A DNA stretch of 64,000 nucleotides, taken from Nageia nagi (Eukaryota; Plantae; Pinophyta). The number at the start of each line of letters is the position of its first letter. The first letter of the stretch is position 1. Location of the stretch: assembly GCA_050084985.1 (NCBI GenBank), contig JBITNC010000001.1:156736001-156800000 (forward strand), read 5' to 3'. A program made the position numbers and the translations under genes. The notes under the pieces were generated by a model that did no database searches, was not told the origin of the DNA, and saw nothing but the letters and a program-made list of their open reading frames with translations. Of this stretch, positions 37,761 to 50,014 are shown piece by piece.

Positions 37761-40700
37761 ATGAGTTCTCCAAGCCATAGGAAAGATAAGACAGATGCTG
37801 CTTGGCCATATGTCATAGAGACTGAAACATCAGGCACTCTTATTTGCAATTTTTGTAGGGAAGGTATTGGTGGAGGTATTTACAGAATGAAATTTCACTT
37901 AGCAAGAATGGCTGAGAACAATGTTAGACCTTGCCCTAAGGTGGATCAAGATGTCCAGAGGCAAATGGTTGCCATCATAGAAGCCAAGGCAGCAGAGAAG
38001 CAAGCAAAGAAAAGAACAAAATCAAAAATTGCCAGAGGGTTTCCACCAACTCCCCCTCCACCTCCACCTCCAGGGTTTCCCGGGGTAGGTTCTACCCAGG
38101 GCCATTCCTTTGAAGAGGGTGGTGCTAGTGATAGTGCAACAGCTGCAATTGCAACTGCAAAGCAAACCCCCACCAACAAGATGAGGAATCCAGCAAGCTC
38201 TAGTAGTGCAATGAGGTGTGATTTTTTTGAACCTTGTGGTGGCCAAACCACACTCGATCAATCATGGAATAAGGATAAGTTTGATGAAGCCAAAAAGGCA
38301 ATTGCAAATTTCTGATATTACTCTAATCTTTCCTTCAATGTGGCGAACTCGTCATATTGGGAGTACATGGTTAGAGCTATTGTTGCTTGTGGTGTTGGAT
38401 TCAAAGCACCAACTTATAGTGATTTGAGAGGTCCTATGCTGGATGTGGCTATTTTAGATTGCAGGAGGGTTATTGACGAGCAGAAGAAGATTTGGAGAAG
38501 AAAGGGCTATAGCATTCTTAGCAATAGTTGGACCGATACACGGGGGAGAACTTTGTTGAACTTTTTGGCTACTTCTTCAGGAGATTTGGTATTCTTGAAG
38601 TCAGTGGATGCGTTAGGTGAAATAAAAAATAGTGATTATTTATTTGGGCAGCTGCAGATAGTCATCGAGGAGGTGGGGGCTGAGAATGTTGTGCAGGTAT
38701 ATTTATTATTTTCTATCTATTTCGTTTCAGTTTATTTTGTGCATGTTATCATTTTTTGATTTAAATTTTTAATAATTAAAATTTAATTCATCTAAGTTTA
38801 AAACTTAACTTTAAATTTTATGTTGTGCACACTGTAGATTATCACTAATAACGCTTCTGCATACGTTAAAGCAGGGGAGAGGATTGAGAAAGAATACCCT
38901 ACCATTTTTTGGACTCCTTGTGCTGCACATGTCATTGACTTACTTCTTGAGGACATTGGAAGGGTAGATTGGATCAAAGAGGTTGTGGAAACAACAAAGA
39001 ATATCACCAAATATATCTACAATCATGCTTGGGTCCTCCATTTGATGAAGACAAATTTCACAAATGGAAAAGGGTCTAATACATCCTAGTAAATTTTTTA
39101 TTATTTCCCAACTTTCAATTTATTGCATTTATATTCTATTTTTTAAATTTTTTATTAAACTAAATTTATGAATTTTGCATGCAGCCACTACATGATTTGC
39201 AACATCATTTCTTACATTGCAAAGTATTTTTAATACTTGAATTGCATTGAAACAAATGTTTGTGAGCAACAAGTGGATGATGTCGAGATATGCATGTGAA
39301 CCAAAGAGCAAGAATATCATTAATTGTATCTTTGATGATGATTATTGGACGGACGTACTTCAGATTTTGAGGGTATAATTCTATTTTAATTTTCAACTTT
39401 TCAACTTTTCCACTTTTCTACTGTCCGAAATTCCGAATCATTCCATATTGAATTGATTAAAATTTAATTCATTAAAATTGTTATTAATTTAGTTGTATAA
39501 TTGATAATTCACTTTGCAGATTACAGAGCCCTTAGTGAGGATGCTTCGCCTTGTGGACTCAGAGAAGCCATCCATGGGGTACGTGTATGAGGCGATGGAT
39601 AAGGCAAAGGAGGCCATATTTACTTTTTTCGATCATCAAGCATCAAGATTTCAGTACATTTGGGACATGGTTGATCGTAGGTGGATTACTCAATTACATA
39701 AGCCTCTACATCGAGCGGGGATTTACTTGAACCCCAAGTTCTTCTATGCACATAATTTTGATCCATTGAATGGGGAGATTAATTCAGGTATCCACTAGTA
39801 AATATTAATCAACTTTGAGGATTTTGACTTCAGTTTTCAACTTTACCTATTGAATTTGAATATATTGGATTTTGATGGGCATTTAAATTTTGTAGGTCTC
39901 CACAAGGCTATTAACCATTTGGTGCTAGATAAGGAGATTAGGACCAAAATTTTCAGACTAGAGCTTCAAAATTACAAGAAAGCACAAGGCTACGTGTTCT
40001 CATCCCCAGAATGTATAAAATCAAGGACAACTCTAGCTCTAGGTAACAAAATGCATTTCCAATCTTTTTAAAGTGAATTGCCCAATTAGTAACATCTTGA
40101 AAAATGCATGTCTTATTTGTTTTTCCTCCTGTTTTTTTTTTTTAGATTTATGGTGGGAGGATTATGGCAGTAATATGCCAAATCTTCAGAAAGTGGCCAT
40201 AAAATCTTATCCCAACCAGCTAGTTCTTCGGGGTGTGAGTGAAACTGGAGCACTTTTGAGCAAATTCATTCAAAGAAACGCAATAGGCTCACCCATGAGC
40301 GCTTGAATGATTTGGTTTTTGTGCATTACAACCTTTGCCACCATCATAGACAAATTGAAGGAACAAGTAATGACGTGATAGAGTGTGATGAGTTTGATGC
40401 AAGTGATGTGTGGGCTTCATGGTTAAAGGATGTGCTAGAAGAGGTTAAAACTGTTAGAGATTTTGATTTCAATTTTCAACTTGTAGATTAGCTATTGAAT
40501 TTGATTTTGAATATATTTTATCAGCTTTTGATGGGCAATGCATTTTGATTTTACAGCCTCAGGATTTTGATTTCACCTTTGAAGGGTATCAAAGGATGGA
40601 AGAACAAGCTACTACAATGGGAGAGGAAGCTGAAAGGGTGGCAATGGAAGCAGAAAGGGCCCAAGGAGATACATTAGCAGCAAGACCATCACATAGAGGA

Positions 40701-40796
40701 GTTGATCTTGAAGATGATATTGATGATGATGAACCTCTAATAACAACTAGGTCCAGGGTTGCAAAAGAGAGATTGCGAAAGGCAAAACGTGGATGA
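37761..40796 (+). pseudogene. Spliced hAT transposase (BED finger, DUF659, hATC), inactivated
   Basis: AWPY...CNFC...GGIYRMKFHL (BED), SILSNSWTD and ITNNA (both catalytic Asp changed to Asn), FWTPCAAHVIDL, SSSGCE*NWS, LNDLVFVHYNL; first intron 38697-38837 GT-AG; stops and frameshifts. Confidence 0.93.
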
Positions 40797-41026
40797 TAGC
40801 TCATAGCAATGTTGTAGTAGCAGTCACTAGATGAAAGTTTTGAATCTTGTGATTCAGATTTTGTTATGTTGATGATATTGATGATGATTAACTCTAATAA
40901 CAACTAGGTCCAGGGTTGAAAAAGAGAGATTGGGAAAGGCAAAACGTGAATGATAGCTCATAGCAATGTTGTAGTAGCAGTCACTAGATGAAAGTTTTGA
41001 ATCTTGTAATTCAAATTTTGTTATGT
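40713..41026. repeat. ~158-bp tandem duplication spanning the transposase stop codon
   Basis: GATGATATTGATGATGAT...TTTTGTTATGT at 40713-40869 and 40871-41026. Confidence 0.92.
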
Positions 41027-41305
41027 CACATTGAAAATGTTTAATGTTTTTCATTCTTGACACTTGACATTCAATATGTAATATCGAACTCTACAATTTC
41101 TTTGATATGCAATGTTGGATATGTTATGTGTTATTCTATATGGAATGTTGTCTATTTGATGTGCAATATTCAAATTTAGCTAAAACTAATTTTTTTTAAT
41201 ATCAAATAGGAGAAATTCCTTCATTTTTTCTCCATGCTGATTTTTTGCCGATTTTATCCGATTTTTCAAAAAATCAGAATCCAACAACCAAACTATGGCT
41301 GACAC

Positions 41306-43460
41306 CACTCAATCACCTCTAACCTCTTATTGTCCACCTATGAACAATCATCCCTGATCCCCTGTAAAGTGTGATTCTTTCCATCTATTTCAAAACCCAT
41401 TGTGATTTTCTGATGGTGTGGATGCACTCCCAAGATGATATGAGAGTGTCCCTTCAAGGGATAGATGTAGAAATCCTCCTCACAATGAAACTTTGCAATC
41501 TCACACCAAACCTCTTGATAATGTGGTCCACCAAAGTGAGTTTCCCATTGGCATTGGAAACTTTGAATCCCTCGAATGCCTTGGTCTTCAAGTTCTTTTC
41601 CGTGAAGCCAGCATCAATGAAGTTGTGGGATGCTCTTGGATCGATCAACACCATTACATCCTATCCTCTTGCCTGCCCCACAATCTTCAAGGTGGGATAC
41701 TTCTTCACCCCATGGAGTGAAGCAATCATGCTCAATGTGCCTTCAGCCCATGGTGACCCTTGCTACAAGTTGTCCACTCCCAACTCCAAATCTAAGTCAT
41801 CCAACTCATCCTCCGAAAACACCTCTATGTAGTGCACCTGTCCTTTACCTTGACAACCGTGCCCTGGCTCCCAAGTCTTCTCGCAGTAGAAGCACTTTCC
41901 CTCTTCCCCCAGCTTCCTTCATGTAGTTGCATCTAACTAATCCGTCCTAGGTGGAGGAAAGGGTTTGGCCTTGCTAGGCCCTCAGCAAACGGCTTCCAGT
42001 TGACCAACCCCTTGTGCGCTTGTCCTCCCTTAAGGAATTTCACGGTGGGATCCAAATCATAAGTCGCCCGGATAGCATCGTCAAGGCTCCTACGAGAGGA
42101 CACGTTGGCCATCCCTCGCAATGGCTCCATCAAGCCCTCTATGAAGAGAAATGTTAGTCTCTCCTCAGGAATTTGGTGGATCATGATGATAATCCACTGG
42201 AACTCCATCACATACTCATCAACTATACCCTACTGCCTCGATGTCAAATCCCAGAAGTAGCCATTCTCCTTCTTCCGATCAAACCTCTTGACCAACCGTC
42301 GGACAAACTTATCAAAGCAAGTGATGAGTAACCCTGGCTAATAACTCCATGCTGCCACCATTCTAGGGCATCACCCTCCAAATGCAATGATGCGAAATGA
42401 ACCACATCCTCCTCTACCATACTAGGGTTTAGGTGAAATAAGTTTGCAACTCATGCAACCATGCCCTAGCCATCATCTTCTTGTCGTCATACATGGGTAC
42501 TTGCATCTTGTTAATCTTGTTCTGCAAGTCCTTCTCTTCCCACTGACCACTAGAGTGGTGTGGGCCATGTGAGATGCTCTCTTTCAACCCCAAGAGCTCA
42601 AGATAGCCGTTGAAGTTGACATCTCTCCTCAGCCTTGGATCCAACGTTGAATACTCTCTGAAAATCTAATTGAGCTCCAATGGACTAGGAACCCTGTTCT
42701 TCAAAGCCTCCCCAATCTTTAGTGCAAACATGGGTTTGGACAGCTTTGGAATAACCGGCTGCTCATCCAACCTGCCAATGTCCTCCTCCAGGTACCTCCC
42801 TAGGAGAGGGTTTGTACCCTAGGGTGCTCTGTGTGAATGGCATCTCAGGAATGTGGCTTCTGGATGCCCCATCAATCCATGGTGAGTAGATTCTCGATCC
42901 CTCATGCTCCGAGATCTCCTCATGCTAGGCTCCCGATCTGTTCGGTCCTCCTCAAACCATTCCTCTATCATCTCTAGCCATACGTGGGGTCTCTCTGTCA
43001 CCCCTAGCGTGACATGGGGGTTCCCTCTCATCCTGAGTGTGGCGTGGTGCCTCCCTATCCTCCTTGACATGACGTGGGGAGGTATGGTGTCTTTCTGGCT
43101 CATCAAGCTCTCCCCAATACCTGGTCATCTTTCGATTCATAGATCTCATCACTCCGATCATATTGTGAATGGCCGAAATGAGCTCATCAAACTTTCGTTC
43201 CGAAGTGGATCCCTAACTAGAGTAGAGCTCCTCCTCCTAGAAACCCTTTGTTTGTCTCCCTGTGCTTCCCTTTCATCACGGAATGCTCTCTCTTTTGGCG
43301 GCTCGTTCATTGATGGTTGTCTATCTTCCTCCTGTACGGCTCTCTCACACGCCTCCTCTGTATGGGATCTTCCGCTCTTCCTAGCGAATGCCATCTCTCT
43401 CTGGCTGCTGGACCTGGTGTAGTAACGATGAATCCTGGGTTTCATACACAGGCTGGCCAC
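41306..43460 (-). pseudogene. Element B Gag and aspartic protease
   Basis: MKPRIHRYYTR N-terminus, QVPMYDDKKMMARAW, CFYCEKTWEPGHGC, VLIDPRASHNFIDAGF. Confidence 0.9.
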
Positions 43461-46400
43461 ATCCAGGCTCTAATACCACTTGTGAATATCAAAATAAGAT
43501 CTCAAGGTAAAATTAGCAAATTCAATTACAATTGCCTAGATGTCAAGCCTAGGGAATCAAACACCAAGCATACAAACCCTCAAGTGCCAAAGTTAGGGTT
43601 AGATATGCAATACACCTCACAAGAATGGAAATATGCCAACATATAGCAATTACAAGTAGATGGCAATGAACACAAGCTCACAAAGCCAACGTCTGGCCCA
43701 AACACACATTATCCGATCAACAATACATCATAATGCCAACGCATGATAAATACAAGCATACACAACAATAATGATCCAACGCATGCACAAGGTGAGTCAA
43801 CGCAACACAAGCATGAGATCCAAATGCCCTCTGGCTATACGAAATGATATAGAATGATGATGTATACAATACCAAGCCCTAAGGGGCAGTCATTGACCTA
43901 CAAGGAGCCAAGTAGGGCACAATGATGACATCCTGGATCAATGAACACAACCACTGAACCATGGGACAGATATGCTCCCTCAGACCTTGAATCCTCTCCA
44001 CCAAAGGAGCCCACCTCGAACTCTGGATATCCAATTGAATGGAAGAAGCAAACCCTCGGAATTCCACTGGATAGGCAAATGTGCTCCACCAATGTCGTAG
44101 ATAGACAAGATCCTTCAGCTTAAATGCCCTCTAAACACTGCGCCTAGGAAGAGTTGCTTAGCACCGCTAAGGCTTGATGTCCGATGGCCTATAGAAGTAA
44201 TAATGATCAATCCTACTCAGTAATGAAGCTTGTCTATTTATACATTATCTTTTGTCCAGATCTCACCTAGGAGTCATCCCAGGCCCATCTAATCCAACGT
44301 TGGGCTTTTGGGGGGACTAGCTTACCTAACATGGGTGCCTAAAGGTTAGACATGCCACATGGGGGCCCATGATCATTAAGTGCCAACGTGGGGGTCCTGG
44401 AGCCTTCTTAAGCCAACATGGATGTGTGGGACCTTCCCCAGTCTGGCGCTAGCATACAGGTGGCCGTCCATCACTCTAATGCATAAATACATCTCAAGAT
44501 TCCCACAATCTGGGATCTCCAATACAATAAATGCCTAATCTAATATTAGGAGGGAGACATCCCACTTGGAGCTCACAGTGGAGTCCATTGACCCATTAAG
44601 TCTCCTATCGTAAGTTACAACAAGACAAATACAAGTACATCAATAAAGTATTAGTACAAGGATGACCAATCTAGTCCCACTAAATGAACAAGTGGGACAT
44701 CACACCTATTCAGTTGCCGCTGCATAGTGGTGACGGCTCAAGTCATGTTATTGATGGCCGAATGAACTTCTGCTCAAGTACAGAATCTCGAACCGAAGTT
44801 GAGCTCCTTCTACTAGCTGCAGTAGATCTCACCCTTGGCGCATCCTCTTCCTCTTCAAATGCTCCTACGTTTGGTGCCTCATTCATCTACTACCGACGAT
44901 CCTCCTCATGGACGGCCCTAGAAGATGTCTCTTCTGTGTGTGACTTTCTGCTCTTCCTTGTGGATGCCATCTCTCTCTGAGCATTGGATCTAGTTTAATA
45001 ACTATTTATTGTAGGTCTCATACATAGGCTGGCCAGATCCAAGCTTTGATACCACTGTAAGGATTCAAACACAAACTCAAGTGCAATTAAGCAAATTCAA
45101 CTCAACAAGATCCCACGCCTAGCCTACAAGGGCATCCACAAGCATACAAACCCTCATAGTGCCAACATTAGGGTTAGGGCATTAATTACCAACTTCCACA
45201 ATACAACAATGCCAATGTCTAGCTTACACATGCAAGAATAGATAATCAAAGCATAACGTTCCAATAATGGACAATAACACAATATAACATTAGATCCAAA
45301 TGCCCAACGACTATATAGAAGATATGAATGTCACAACAATACAATACCAAGCTCCCAGAGCTAGATGTTGGTCTCCAAGGAGCGAACTACGGCAAATCAT
45401 GTAACCTCAATGTTGGTCGAACAAGTAGAACCATGGGACAACCTCGCTCTCTCAGAACCTGAATCCTCTCCACTGAAGGAGCCCTCCTCTGATCTTGGCG
45501 ACCAACTGAATGGTAGAAGCTCAACCTCGAAATACCACTGGATGGGCAAGGGTGCTACACCAATGTCGTAGATAATCAGGATCCCTCAGCCTGATAGCCC
45601 TCCTAGATGCGACACCTAAGGGATTACTTAGCGCTGCTAAGACTTGTGCCCACAGAATGGTATCAAGAGATAATAGTGTAATCAAGTATATCCAACAATG
45701 AGGCTCCAATGCCTCTTTATACACTCAACTTTGTCTGGATCTCACCTAGGAGTCATCACTCGACTCCTTAATCCCAACGTTAGCCTCCTGGGGGCCCAAA
45801 ATGCCCAACGTGGGTGCCTAGGGGTCAAGCATGCCAACGTGGGGGCCTGGAGTGCCATAAATTCCAATGTGGGGGTCTAGGAGTGTCACGAATGCCCAAC
45901 ATGGGTCTGAGAGCCATGTGTGGGGTTTAGGTGTCATAATGAGCCAACGTGGGGGTCTAGGAGTGCCACGAAAGCCCAACGTGGGTCTGGGAGCCATGCG
46001 TGGGGTTTAGGTGTCATAATGGGCCAACGTGGGGGTCTAGGAGTCTCCCCATGGTTGGCGCATGTGTATAAGTGCCTATCCATCCACTTAAGTGTAAAAT
46101 AGACCTTGGGATTCCCACAATCAAGATCAGGATCTCCAAGTATAATTATACACCTAATCTATGCTTGAGAGGGAGACATCCCACTTGGGGTCCATTGACC
46201 CATTAAGTCTTCTATCCCAAGTTATAATGTGAAAGTACAATGCAATAATGAAATATATTACAAGAGGAATTCAATGGATTCCACAATTAATTACAATCAT
46301 GAAAGGGGGACATCACACTTTTTTTTTTAATCTTCTTTGAGCTCAAGCTAGGACTTGAAAGAGATAATTCACCCAGACAACTGTTGCCAAGCCGAAGTCC

Positions 46401-46543
46401 ATCAAGCTTTTCATTGCAGATTCGAAGGGGCACTTCAAGCACACACCTTAAGTCCTAGAGATACATTCTTTTGATGGCTTTGTTCAATGGAAACTACTTC
46501 CTGTACATGGGCCTTAATGATCTAAATAAAACATTGTACAATC

Positions 46544-49270
46544 ATGGTTGCAGCACCATGGTTGCAAGGAAGTGTTCTTGCGTACAATCAACAATCATAT
46601 TACATACCAGGATATGTACGTAATGCTTACTTGAACCCAATCATAAAACAACCATAGGTTCAAAGTATGAATTCTAACTATCAATTGGTATCAGTGCAAC
46701 AATTATGCCACCCTCAATACAATACATGGAACCAAGTGAATAACTAGACGTCACCAATGCAACAGGCTTCTAATTGTTAGTATATTCCAGATCAGTCATA
46801 GGTTGTTATGCAAGCTACCCAACAAGAACAGTTAAGGGTGCAAGCTGCTTGGAATCATCAAGAAGAATAGCTAAGACTGCAGGTCGCATGGAAACATCAA
46901 CAAGACAGCTAAGGTTGCAAGCTATAGAAAAACAAACAAGAAGAACAATTAGGAAAAGTGATGGCAGGAATGATGATGAAAATGATGCAAGAAGTAGAGC
47001 AATTGAAAAAAGAACAATCGTAGGAAAATGCTTGTCGATGCCGCTTTTATCTACCTCATCCTAGCCCTATTTCAATCAAGGAAGTATCCCTGTGTAACGT
47101 AGTGGAAGTGGTAGAAGACGAAGTTGAGGGGGAAGTTCAAATCGATTCCATCCTATCAAGACCATCCCCATCTTTTCCTCCCTCCACCTCACAGGATTGC
47201 TTGGTTCACCTTGAAGATAGCTTGCAAGAAGAAGAAATGGCCCAAGAAGAAGAAGAGTATCAAGAAGAAGAGCATCAATCACTTTGGTTGTCTTTGTACC
47301 TTGAAGGCAAAAAATTTCACAATTGTGTGGTGAATACTCATTTCAAAAAGTAATGTAATATCACTTGCAACTTGTTGCGAAGTTGAACTTACTCCTACCC
47401 CAATCCCGGGCTACCAAGAATATGCTCATCCATAAATAGTCGAGATGCTAGAGAATGTTTGTGTGCGAGTCATTGGATCACAAGTGCAATGTTCTCTAGA
47501 CGTCATGGTGGTAGATATGTCAAAAGACATGTCCGATTCAAATCCAACTTGGTAAAGAATGGGTCTATTCCTTGGATAGGCTTAACTCATCAAATTCTTT
47601 TGTAAATGAAGATGGCCAAGACTGTGAAACACATGAGAAACCCAAACCTTGCTTATCAAAAGAATCAAGCATGGAAGAAGAGGTAAATTCAAGAAGTGCA
47701 GGAGCATCAGCCATTTGAGATATCTATCTGCTTTTATGAAGGCAAAGTGTTCCATAATTGTATAGTGCATCCAACTGCAAATATAAATACAATGTCACAT
47801 GAGGCCTATTGTGAGGCTGGACTTGTCTCAACCCCACATGATACAGAAATATTGGAATGCAATTATTATGAAATCAAAATAGTTGGGATCTTGAAGCAGA
47901 TATGCATACGCCTTGAAGGATCACTAGTACAACATTTCCTAGACATCCTAGTCGTGGATTTTCCTATGCCAATGCCAATCTTGTTCAGTAAAGAATGGAT
48001 CCACATCTTGGGCGATTATGATGCTCCATGCTTTATTGGAGATGAGGGAGGGATGTTAGAGAGCAAAAATTGTTGCTCTTCCCAAAAGAGGCAAGACCCT
48101 GAAGAGTCCATGCATGAAGATATCCCTGAAGAATTTACTTTTGAATTCTTCTTTGATGATCAATCAAGTGAGATAGGGTTGGAGAAAGACTATGTTGATG
48201 ATGAACATGATCTTGAGCTTAACCCACAATTGGAGTCCAATGATGATGATGCCAAAGATAACCCCATGAGCCTTGAAATAGAAATAAAAGAATCCTCTAA
48301 TCTGGAATATGAAGATCAAGTCCAAGAATGGAGTATTATAATTGATGACTTGTTGTCCATGCAAGAGAAAGAAGCTGCAATTGAAGAAAAACAAGAAGAG
48401 ATGGTAGAGAACCCTTTTGATTTAGATATTAGAGACATTGAAGAAGCTCTATATGGCAAAACACATGAGTTGGCACACTTGAATGCATATGAGGTCCCAA
48501 GCATGGATGACATTGATCGCTTGTTGTTACAGGCGAATGAAGACATATTTGAAGTACAACAAGAAGGTATAATGAATGAACCTTTTGGGCTAGAATTTGA
48601 AGATGTCGAAGATTCTCTATTTTTTCAAGCACAAGAACTGTCACAACAGGATATTGAGGATGCTCTAATTGTTCAAGTATAAGAAATGATATATTGCAAT
48701 GGACATAAGATTGAAGACATTGGTGACACCACTAGAGGATATTTCTTATCAGAAGATAATGAAGGTACAGTGGAGACAAAATCAGAACATGCATTGGAAG
48801 AATTTGAATTGATAGTTGATCATGAGGTTGGTCTTGATAAGTATCAAGTTTATATTGCTACAATCCTTATGCCTCAGTGTTCATATTTCCCATTTTTTGG
48901 CAATGAAGAGGTTGCAAGTTATGAGAGTCAGGATCAAGTGGTTGTTACGGGTGAGATGGTGTTGAAGGCATCTCCAATAGTTGATGCCTTATACCATGAG
49001 TTGGTATACAAGAAAAGCCTTACGCCTACTTCTTTCATTGATCTATATCAACTCATTGGAAGGATTCTCACGTGAGCTAACCCTCATGGGTGTTGAATAT
49101 GTCCTTCTCAAGATGTTGAAGCCCTTTGTTGTACTCACTCAATCAGCTAGGAGACATGTTATGTGAAGACAAACATACACAATGTTATCACTTGGATGGA
49201 GATCAAAACAAGATCTTTGATCCCGGTATCAACGAAGTCTTTTATCTTGTAGTTTAGTGTATATAGTGCA
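46544..49270 (+). pseudogene. Internal ORF of element C (~900 codons): Q/N/Y-rich head, 13-aa repeats, two tandem pseudo-retropepsin domains, acidic repeats
   Basis: Interrupted by TAG/TAA/TGA stops, nearly all explicable as C>T at CAG/CAA/CGA, plus a few 1-nt indels; PR-like 1 SLYLEGKKFHNCVVNTH...LDVMVVD...KEW, PR-like 2 FYEGKVFHNCIVHPT...LDILVVD...SKEW; 328 aa still open at 47696-48682. Confidence 0.7.
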
Positions 49271-49272
49271 TA

Positions 49273-50014
49273 TGCCGAGTAGACGATGTCACAATCGTAC
49301 TCGGCCAGTTTGTCTTGCCAGCGGGCCTGCTTGCTGAACAACTTCTTCTCGGTTTGGAAGTATTGTTCGAGATGTTGTCCATCAGCACAGTAAATAGGGC
49401 CGCCAACAGGTAATGTCTCCAAGTCCTTAGGCAGTGGATGATGCCGACCACCTCCACTCGGCATCCTTGAACTTGCACGACTTGTACGCTATCGAATGCC
49501 CATCCTGTATGAGGACCCTGCCTAACGCAAAGTCCGACACGTCCATCTGCACCGTGAAAGGCCGAGTGAAGTCTGGCAGACCCAAGACTGGCAGCGAGAC
49601 GAGTCGGGCCTTTCACTCCTCGAACGCTTTCTGGCACGGCCCGAACCAGCTTCACGGTTTCTCCTTCTTGGTCAAATCGGTTAAGGGCGTGGCTATCTTG
49701 GAATACCCCTCAACGAACCGTCGATAGTAGTTTGCCAGACCCAAAAGACCTGACCTCATGCACATTCCGCGGTGGCTCCCAATCTCTAATGGCCTCTATC
49801 TTCTATGGGTCCAATTTGATCTGCCCACGGCCCACGACGTGGCCCAAGAACTGGACTTCCTCCATGCCAAAGGAGCACTTCTCCTGTTTCACAAACAGCT
49901 TGGCATCCCTCAGCAACTTAAAGACCTAGTCCAGGTGCGCGGCGTGCTCTTCCATGGTCTTGGAGTAGACCAAGATGTCGTCCAGGTACACCACAATGCA
50001 TTTGTCTAGCAGGG
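49273..50014 (-). mobile_element. Inverted RT/RNase H segment belonging to the plus-strand Galadriel-like copy
   Basis: VVYLDDILVYS ... QARWQDKLAEYDCDIVY; ends exactly where the plus-strand copy begins. Confidence 0.9.

Larger units (their letters stand above)
37270..41297 (+). mobile_element. Complete hAT DNA transposon (4.0 kb) nested in B
   Basis: Termini CATAGTT...AACTATG, perfect 8-bp TSD GCTGACAC (37262-37269, 41298-41305), subterminal CCGATT/AATCGG motifs. Confidence 0.95.
35356..44704 (-). mobile_element. Element B: sister non-autonomous Gag-PR element nested in the gag of A
   Basis: 3' LTR 35356-36572, PPT, 5' LTR 43481-44704, PBS TGGTATTAGAGC 43467-43478, TSD CTTAT/CCTAT. Confidence 0.92.
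31546..46317 (-). mobile_element. Element A: non-autonomous chromovirus-derived LTR element (Gag-PR only, TR-GAG-like)
   Basis: 3' LTR 31546-32649, PPT GAGAGGGGAGG, 5' LTR 45056-46317, PBS TGGTATCAAAGC 45043-45054, TSD CTTTC/CTTTT; no RT/RH/IN. Confidence 0.92.

Noticed and set aside
46382-46697. Apparent small Copia LTR (TGTTG...ATCA) followed by a PBS-like TGGTATCAGTGC
   Set aside because: No second LTR, TSD or Copia gag; the motif lies in frame (QLVSVQ) within the long ORF of element C
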